From Lingula anatina (Eukaryota; Animalia; Brachiopoda): a stretch of 64,000 nucleotides of DNA. Location of the stretch: contig CM120643.1 in NCBI GenBank assembly GCA_051362555.1, positions 15,288,644-15,352,643 on the forward strand, read 5' to 3'. The notes below the pieces were generated by a model. That model did no database searches. It worked only from the letters and a program-made list of their open reading frames with translations, and was not told where the DNA came from. The number at the start of each line of letters is the position of its first letter. The first letter of the stretch is position 1. A program made the translations under genes and the position numbers. Positions 55,401-64,000 of this stretch are shown here, in pieces.

Positions 55401-57161
55401 AGTTCATATGTCCATGGAATTGTCAAGGAGGACTTTGGCGGTCTAAATCATTTGTGGTTCTTACACACTTGCTTTATTTTTCTGGGAGGGGGGGGATAGC
55501 ATTTGGCGCGAAGATGCCGTATTGGATACCATTAAATACAGTGCATGTACGCATCTATATATCTGAAACAACAGCAACGCCTTGCCTTGAATGGGGCTTT
55601 CATGTAATAAAACTACAATTGCTGTATCTTGGGTAGAAAAACAATAAACAAAAGTCAAGGCCAATTTTCGCTTTAAAGTTCTATTATGAAATAAACCGCA
55701 AGCCGACACCTGTTCCCTTAACGACGTCAAAAAAGTCAGAATCGGCCTCGGAATTAAAATTGGCATAGACAAAGTTGAGTGTTAAAAGTCAACCGTTGAC
55801 CAATAAGCTCTGTGACCAATATCCAAAATTGGACTTTGTTTTGTCGGCTAACAAAATTGACCAGGGCTATGCCTACAAACGAGTCTCTAAAGCGGCCCAT
55901 GGGTGTTAACATGCATGCTAACTCCTTACAGGACTGATAAGCGGGCTCTTCACTAACGAAGCCTGTCTAGCCGGACTGGACCAGGTGGCTGGAAGAGACG
56001 TCCCGCACTCCAACGTTTTCCACGCCCAGACGGTTGACGAGCTCGTGGCTATGATCCAGAACGGAACTGTGAGTGTTTTTCCCATGCTACCTCTTTTTGT
56101 AACTCTTTTTAATACGCCCATGTGTTTTAAATCCCACAGCATCCCAGTGTTCAGACTTCACCCCTTTTCATTATTGTGAAATAAGCTTTATGACTTAACA
56201 TTGGCCAGAAAAGCTACGTTAGGCTACTCGCTACTATGATCTACTGGTTAAGCTGCATATATACGTGAAATATTTCGCATCACTAAGTAACCCTCTCAGT
56301 CTTAACTGTTTAAACAGATGCTGTATGTATATAATATATTCCAGCTTTACCATCGTCATTCATTTGTTATTACAACCAAATACGTTTTCAAGATCATCTA
56401 ATGAATTTCAGCGGTTAAATACATTGAGGCGCATCAGCTCTCGACAATTATGAACCTTTTTCAGTGATGTCGAAATTTGATGTTTTCTTTACCAATCATT
56501 TTATACTTCCTAATATACAGGTAGACGTGGGTTTTAGCGCGAGGACTGCTTTGGCCACCAAAATCAATGGCACTAATATCCAACACTTCCCCTCGGATCC
56601 CATGTTCTGTAAGAATGCTGGACAGCCTGGAATGATGACCCGTAAAGACAATGACTTCAACTCTAAATGGAATGAAGGGTTTGAGAAACTTGTTTCTTCA
56701 GGACGTTTTAAACGCTTATGTGATGAGGCACGGATTAAGCACGGTACGTCTGGGCAGTTTTGATTATTTATAATTACCAGTAGTATGCTCTTAATAACTA
56801 AGGATTTATTACTTAATTTACAATACGTATATTGATAACTGCAAATATACACTGTACAGGTTAGGTAATGTAAGCAGTGTCGAAAGAAACCGCCACAAGA
56901 GGTTCTGTTTTCAAGACTAACAAAGTATTGTTAACAAAGCCAATATTTTTTTTCCTCAGTCGAAGCTTCCCTTATAGAATATCAATACAAAATTATTACA
57001 TTGAAAAAAAGTTATCAGATTAAGATATGGCTTAATTGTGGTAATGTTTAATGTATAAATATTACATTCATGATCGACACGTGATTTCATCCAACGTCAC
57101 ATACATTGTAACGTTTGTCTCAACAGGTCATCGCGGTGAGATAGAGTGTGTGGATGCCTAA
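52442..57161 (+). CDS. Copy C: membrane-anchored SBP3/PBP2-like protein, 335 aa
   Basis: Exons 52442-52496, 52890-53142, 53253-53302, 53425-53520, 53920-54078, 55932-56068, 56521-56743, 57127-57161; open frame ending HGHRGEIECVDA*. Confidence 0.88.
54960..55260 (-). mobile_element. L1/Tx1-type LINE reverse transcriptase remnant in intron 5 of copy C
   Basis: Minus-strand motifs in correct order: EKAFDSE*WKYI (~55205-55222), RGLKQGDPLFP (~55100-55132), ITRYADG (~54985-55005; degenerate YADD). Confidence 0.8.
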
Positions 57162-59095
57162 CAACAGCTGGGATCTGTAACCTTCACCTTGATTGCTGAA
57201 TCACAAAACAATGCATCCGTTACATTGACCTTGATTGTTACAACACAGAAATATAGGAATTTGTAACTTTCACCTTGATGGTTAAAACAAGGATATGGGC
57301 GGCCGTAAACTGAACCTGATGTCTAGATCACTTGGCCTTCAGTTTGAAAGCTAAACCACAGGACTAGGCGTCCGTAACTTTAATGGCAACTTGTGGAACT
57401 TACAAGAAGCCAAGGCGAAATTTATAAATGAAACTTATGGATAGAATCGAAAATTTATTGATGATGTGCGAATTTCATGGTGATGAAAAGATGACTACCA
57501 ACGATATCAGACCCGCAGTGTTTTTTAAGGAAGCACAACTGTAATTCCAACAGGCTTATTACATGTATATGCATAACTTCAGTGCTGCAGTTGACAATTA
57601 CCATTACAATTGACTAATTTTATTAAGTTCTTTTTTTGTTTTTGACAAAATCAACAGTCTCATGAAAGAAATGTTTACAATCGAAACAAGCTGTTTTATT
57701 TTTATTTTTCATAAGACTCCTTTTTTAATTTAATAGACTAATTTAGCAAAGAAAAAACGACCAGGCGGCGCCGTGCTGACTGCGGTAAGGAGAAGTGGGT
57801 TATATAATGCTAAGAACTACGATTTGTTAAAATGTTTAAAATAGGTAATTCTGACACTTCCTGTTTGGGCATAGCCTCGTTTTGGCCTACGACAAAGACC
57901 ATAGGTTAACTTACATGTATTAACAAAATTTGAAAAAGGTGATGCTTTTGTTTAAGTTGTTATACATGTATTTACATACATGAAGGCATATTTTACAAAT
58001 ATGAGAGGAGGATAGTGTATCAGGCAAATACACATTTTGAATTACTACAGCTGGATCCATCAATTAAAAATCGGATTAAGTTGAGTCCGTAGCCAACGGT
58101 ATGCGCCATATCTAACTAGCTGCGACCCTATTCAGCAGAATGAAAATGGTATAGTTCGGCAGGTTCATTTGCGAAATATTTTACTTTTTCAGAAACCATG
58201 TAGAAAATAAAGATTCAAACGAAAAAACCTCAGCTTTTCAACTCATAGCCATTAACGCGGGTTCTTTTGGTTCGTGATAACTTTGCTGACTTGGACTCAA
58301 GCACTGAGACAATTAAACGTGTATTGGAACGCGTATAACGTGGTTGAATTTAGGGATGGAAAGAATACCTGTTTTACCTAAGCAACCGTGACAGCTTTGA
58401 CCTAAAAAATCCCATGAAGATAAAGAGGAGTAAGAATGCTTGTAATTTACTTTTTATTTGCTTTTGCTGATTAATGCATTCCTATGGCGTGAACTTCAGT
58501 CTAAAGGGAACTTATACAGAAACATTTGCTTATCAATTTTCTAAAAAAGTCACATCTTTGTTTAGAGCGAAATCTGCACAGACTTCTTCCACTGATTGAA
58601 TTTAATACCACACCATGTATAGAACATTAAAAATATTCCAATATTTTTAATACTGTGGTCTCTGACTGGAGGAGGATGTCAATTTAGTTGAGGTCCAAGG
58701 CCAGACAGTAAGCAACCACTGTTGACGTCCTCAAGGTTGGTTTACTGCTTTTTTTTTCTGAATCAGTACTTCATTGGAATAAATTCATGGATGTTTTTTA
58801 TGATAAGTACGCTTTTTCTTGCTCTGTGATTAAACTTTTTAGACCGTGATTTTGCAGTTCGTTAGTGATTTTACACGTTGTTAATTGGCAGTATATTTTA
58901 ATCAAGTGATTCAACAGTACTCGGTTTTGGTTGCAGGCTTTATGCACACCTGGTAGGGTATAAAAAGTAGTCACACTTGCATAAGTAAGCTGGTTCTTTT
59001 TTACTCTTTTTAATGTTAACAGGCACAATCCGTGCCTAGCATGAACAGATAGAGATTATATTACATTTGTCCTTACTCAAGACCTCTAATCCAAG

Positions 59096-60599
59096 ATGTC
59101 GGATGCAAGGAGTGACAGCAATGTCAACCATGTGACGAGAACCATCCAAGGTAATTTGTCTTAGAAAAGATTTGCACAAGAACTCCTGATATTTTTGAAC
59201 CTTTTTTTTCATATTGGTTCCCTTTGGTGCTCAGTTGTAAGGTTACATTTTATGAATGCACCAAGTAAGGATGATAAGACTAAATGTAACTTAAAACCAG
59301 GCCGTTAAGGTTTTAATATATATATATGTCAAGGTCTACCCTCAAGTTACAAGGAGTGGGGAGGGGGGGGGAGATTTCATGTAATACATGTAAGACTACA
59401 ATTGATGTACTTTGGGTTCAAAAAGAACAAACAAAAATCAATGTCAATTTGCAGGTTAAAGTCTAGTCTTTAAAGTCAATTGTTGACCAATAAACTCTTT
59501 CATTAATATTAAAAATAAAAAACTTTGTTTCGGCGACTATCAAAGTTAACCAGACCTATGACTACAAACATGAATCTTTTAAAAGCGGACCATGGGTGTT
59601 AACATGCATGCCGACTCCTTACAGGACTGATAAGCGGTTGGTTCACTAACGAAGCCTGCCTGGCCGGACTTGACCAGGTGGCTGGAAGAGACGTCCCGCA
59701 CTCCAACGTTTTCCACGCCCAGACGGTTGACAAACTCCTGGCTATGATCCAAAACGGCACTGTGAGTGTTTTCCCATGTTACCTGTTTTTGTAACTATTT
59801 TTAATACGCCAATATGTTTTAAATCCCACAGCATCCCAGTGTTCAGATCCCTTTTCATTAATGTGAAATAAGCTCTATTCTTTACCAACCATTTAATACT
59901 TCCTAAACATTACAGGTAGACGTGGGTTTTAGCATGGGGACTGTTTTGGCCAACAAAATCAATGGCACTAATATCCAACAGTTCCCCTCAGATCCCATGT
60001 TCTGTAAGAATGCCGGACCACCTGGAATGATGACCCGTAAAGACAATGACTTCAACTCCAAATGGAATGAAGGGTTTGAAAAACTTTTCTCTTCAGGACG
60101 TTTTAAACGGCTATGTGATGAGGCACGGAGTAAGCACGGTACGTCTAAAAATACTATTGATTAACAATGTCAGTAATAATAGGCAGTTTTGATTACTAAG
60201 TATGTTCATAATAATTAAGGATCTATTACTTAATTTACCGTTCGTATATTGATAATTGCAAATTCAGGCTAGGTAATGTAAACGATGTCGCAAGGATCCG
60301 CTACAATAGACGCTGTTTTCAAGACTAACGAAGGGATGTTAACAACGCCCATGTTTTTTTTTTTTTTTATTTTTTTTATTTATTTTTTTTTTTACGGTCA
60401 AAGCTACCCTTATAGGATATCAAAACAAAATCATTACATTGAAAAAACAAAGTTATCAAATTAAGATATTGCTTGAGGTGATGCTTCATGTATAAATATA
60501 ACATTCATGACACGGCACGTGATTTCATATAACGTCACATACATTGTAACGTTTGTCTCAACAGGTCATCGCGGTGAGATTGACTGTGTGGATGCCTAA
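59096..60599 (+). other. Copy D: internally deleted SBP3-like gene (exons 2-5 missing); exon 1 plus exons 6-8 still splice in frame (149 aa)
   Basis: Exons 59096-59150, 59625-59761, 59916-60138, 60565-60599. Intron 1 sequence is fused to intron 5 sequence at ~59180. No stops or frameshifts in the retained exons. Confidence 0.85.
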
Positions 60600-62459
60600 C
60601 AACAGCTGGGATCTGTAACCTTCACCTTGATAGATAAACCACAGGACGAGGCATCCGTAACTTCTATGGCAACTTGTGGAACTTACAAGAGGCCACGGAA
60701 TCTAATGGATAGAACTGAAAATTTATTGATAATGTGTGAATTTCAAGCTGATGAAAGGATTACCACCAGTGATATCAAGTTCAGACCCGCAGTGTTTTTT
60801 AAGGAAGCACAACTGTAATTCCAACAGGCTTATTACATTTATATGCATAACTTCAGCGCTGCAGTTAATAGTAATCATCATTTCATTACCATTACAATTG
60901 ACTAATTTTATTAACTTCTTTTTTTGGCAAAATCAACAGCCTCATGAAAGAAATGTCGTCTTCGGAAAAGAAAAACAGAACTTTTTATAATCGTAATAAG
61001 CTAGCTATTTTATTTTTTATTTTTCATGTGACGCACGAGGCTTCTGGTTTTATTTAAGAGACTAATTTAGCAAAGGAAAAACGACCAAGCGGTGCCGTGC
61101 TGACTGCGGTAATGCATTTATATGGGTTATATAAAGCTAAGAACTAAAATTTGTTAAAATATTTGAAACTGGTAATTCTGAAACTTTTTGTTTGGGCATA
61201 AATGAAAATTATAGCCTCGTTTTGGCCTACGACAAAGACCATAGGTTAACTTACATGTATTAACAAAATTTGAAAAAGGTGATGCTTTTGTTCAAGTTGT
61301 ATTTACATACATGAAGGCATATTTTACGAATACGAGTGGGGGAAATTGTATCAGGCAAATACACATTTTGAATTACTATAGCTGGATCCATCAATTATAA
61401 AACTCGGATTAAGTTGAGTCCGTAGCCAACGGTATGCGCCATATCTAACTAGCTGCGACCCCATTCAGCAGAATGAAAATGGTATAGTTCAGCAGGTTCA
61501 TATTTGCGAAATATTTTACTTTTTCAGAAATCATGTAGAAAATTAAGTTTTACACGCAAAAACCTCAGCTTTTCAACTCACGCGGTTTCTTTTGGTTCGT
61601 GATAACTTTGCTGACTTGGACGCAAGCCCTGAGACGTTTATTGGAACATGTACAGTATAACGTGGTTGAATTTAGGAATGGAAAGAATACCTGTTTTACC
61701 TTAGCAACCGTGATAGCTTTGACCTATAAAATCCCATGAAGATTAAGAGGAGTAAAAATGCTTGTAATTTACTTTTTATTCGCTTTTGCTGATTAATGCA
61801 TTCCTAGGGCTTTAACTTCAGTCTTAAGGGTACTTATACAGTGATGTTCATAAGTGAAGAAACATTTGTTTTTCAATTTTCTTTTTAAAAAATCAAACCT
61901 TTATTCAGAGCGAAATCTGTACAGACGTTTTCCACTGATTGAATATAATACCACACCATGTATAAAACATTTAAAATGTGACAATATTTTCAATACTGTG
62001 GTCTATGACAGGAGTGAATGTGAATTAAGCTGAGGTCCAAAGCCAGACAGTTAACAACCACCGTTGACGTTCCCAAGGCTGGTTTAATTTTTATCTGAAT
62101 CAATATTTCATTGGAATCAATTAAGGGATGGTTTTTTTGATAAGTAGACTTTTTATACTCTTTTTAGACCGTGATTTTGCAGTTCGTTAATGAATTCCCA
62201 CTTTGTTAATTAGCAGTTCATTTTAATCAAGGGACTTGTTATTTCAAGTAAAAGAGTGAACACAAACATTTGAATATTATTTACTTGTGCTCGGTGTCTG
62301 GTTGCAGGCTTTGTGCACACCTGGTAGGGTATAAAAAGTAGTCACGTTTGCATAAGAAAGCTGGTTCTTTTTTTTAATGTTAACAGGAATAATTAGTGCC
62401 TAGCATGAACGAATAGGGATTACATTACATTTGTCCTTGTTCGAGACCTCAAATTCAAG

Positions 62460-63245
62460 ATGTCAGATGCAAGGAGCGACAGTAATGTCAATCATGTGAC
62501 GAGAACCAACCAGTTGGAAGGTAATCCTGCCTTTCCAAATATTTTGATAAATGTTTTCTTTAGCCAGAAAAGATTTATAAAATCAGTTATTTTTATGTAC
62601 GCGAGATTTTTTTCAAAGAATGATTTGGCGAACATGTGAATCATGACATAACTGATGAATACAATATAAAAGTCCAAAGGGAAGGTAACATGGAAAATAT
62701 GTGGTTACCAAATTTGACGCTCCTATGGTGGTTTTAACAAACTTTAAGTTCCAACATATTTACTAATTTGTAAAAGTATGATCAACTCTTATTACATTCT
62801 TGATATAAGCTTTCGTTGAACGCATCGCATTTCACTGAGATAATCTACAGCAATTTACTTCACAGGTGGTTTCTACAGTGTGCATTCTTATCCTTATTAA
62901 GAGTTGTCACTTGCGAATGTCTCTTATTTGATTAAGTGCTTAAATATACTTTCTTCCAGCCAGTCGCATACTGACAGTAACCATAGTGACATGTGTTCTG
63001 GTTGCGATGATTGCGCTCATCATCTCAGCCGTCGCAATCTCCAACCCTGCTGGCTCTGACATTACAATCCAGGGTACAACGGCAAATATTCAGCAAAATC
63101 AGCCACCCAGTAGGGCCTATGACGCCATCAACCGATATCAGGCCTCAAACAATAGAAGAATTTACACGATTGCCGTTGGATACGATACTGGGCCTTATAT
63201 ATATAAGTAAGCAGAAGCATTGGCCACATGCCGTGTGCGCGGGAG

Positions 63246-63284
<39 letters not shown>

Positions 63285-63654
63285 CTGTGTGTCAGAGAGA
63301 GAGAGAGAGAGAGAGGGTAAAATCTGCATATCTGATAAATTTAACTTTCCGTATAACTTTTTAGGGACGTCAGCGGATTCCTAATTGGATTCAATCACGA
63401 CTTAATAGACGCAGGTAATCAAAATTTTCTTTTGAACAATTTGTTTCGTTGTATAACATCCATTGATAGCAATAATACTGCGAAAATATCAACTTGAAAG
63501 TTAATGGTTTATTTATTTAATTAAAAAATTTTATTCATTCCATTATTAATTTTTTAAGTGTGTCAGGAGGCGGGAATTGATTGTAGGGTTGTCAAGGAGC
63601 CTTCCACCAACTGCATGTTCTCAGAGAGAGGACAGCCACACAGAGGAGGGATAG
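62460..63654 (+). CDS. Copy E: membrane-anchored SBP3/PBP2-like protein, exons 1-4 (continues past the window end)
   Basis: Exons 62460-62520, 62960-63206, 63365-63414, 63559-63654 are open and phase-consistent. Intron 4, homologous to that of copy C, runs to 64000. Confidence 0.85.
63249..63315. repeat. (GT)n/(GA)n compound microsatellite in intron 2, shared in position by copies A, B, C and E
   Basis: GT runs at 40196-40239, ~47255-47282, ~53176-53189 and 63248-63280; GA runs at ~40800-40830 and ~63294-63315. Confidence 0.9.
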
Positions 63655-64000
63655 GTATGGAGCATTCTTTTATTTATACCATAGCAGTTGGTTGTTAAAA
63701 CCTATTTCTTATATTGCTTCGTTTTATGTTTTTCTTTCTTTCAAAATCGCACTTGGAAGCAGAGTTTTTAATGACTGGGTGAACTGAAGCTGACAAACTT
63801 TAATGTCAGAAATAATCAAAGTGGTTTGGTATTCATTTTAGTTAGGTCAACTTTTATAATTATATGGCGATCGAGGTTGAATACAACTTGTTCAGTTTTA
63901 TCCTAATATGTATTGACTGAGACTGTTTTGTGCTATATTGGACTGGGGCTGAAGCTTTCCCAATATGTTTTACTTTTGTTTATAGTTGAACATGATAATG

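Noticed and set aside
39078-63654. Bacterial contamination or a recent bacterial insert explaining the SBP-like genes
   Set aside because: Each copy has spliceosomal introns with conserved phases, host-type TEs and microsatellites, and is contiguous with ordinary animal genes.
1-64000. tRNA, rRNA or other structured RNA genes
   Set aside because: None recognisable by eye; the strong hairpins found are better explained as MITE inverted repeats. A covariance-model scan (tRNAscan-SE, Infernal/Rfam) would be needed to exclude them.

Overview
AT-rich, intron-rich animal DNA, probably from a marine invertebrate (lophotrochozoan-like; species not determinable here). The left half has four minus-strand genes: the 5' part of a class C GPCR (mGluR-like, lacking the glutamate-specific Arg/Lys), KDSR (10 exons), twisted gastrulation (TWSG1) and a classical AQP4-like aquaporin with an NTA second motif. 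It also holds a decayed C2H2 zinc-finger pseudogene. The right half (35-64 kb, plus strand) is the most interesting part. It is a tandem array of at least six copies of an 8-exon gene: 3 complete, 1 internally deleted but in frame, 1 running off the window and 1 pseudogene. The gene encodes a ~335-340 aa type II membrane protein whose ectodomain resembles a stand-alone bacterial-type periplasmic amino-acid-binding protein (SBP family 3 / PBP2 fold, HisJ/GlnH/ArtJ-like, the fold of the iGluR ligand-binding domain). It has 8 conserved Cys, and the paralogs differ mostly at predicted pocket residues. The ORF track shows only fragments of it; I assembled the gene models by hand from splice sites and phases. 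Tc1/mariner, Harbinger-type MITE and L1/Tx1 remnants, microsatellites, a minisatellite and apparent transposon excision footprints are also present. Family assignments come from motif recognition by eye, not database searches.
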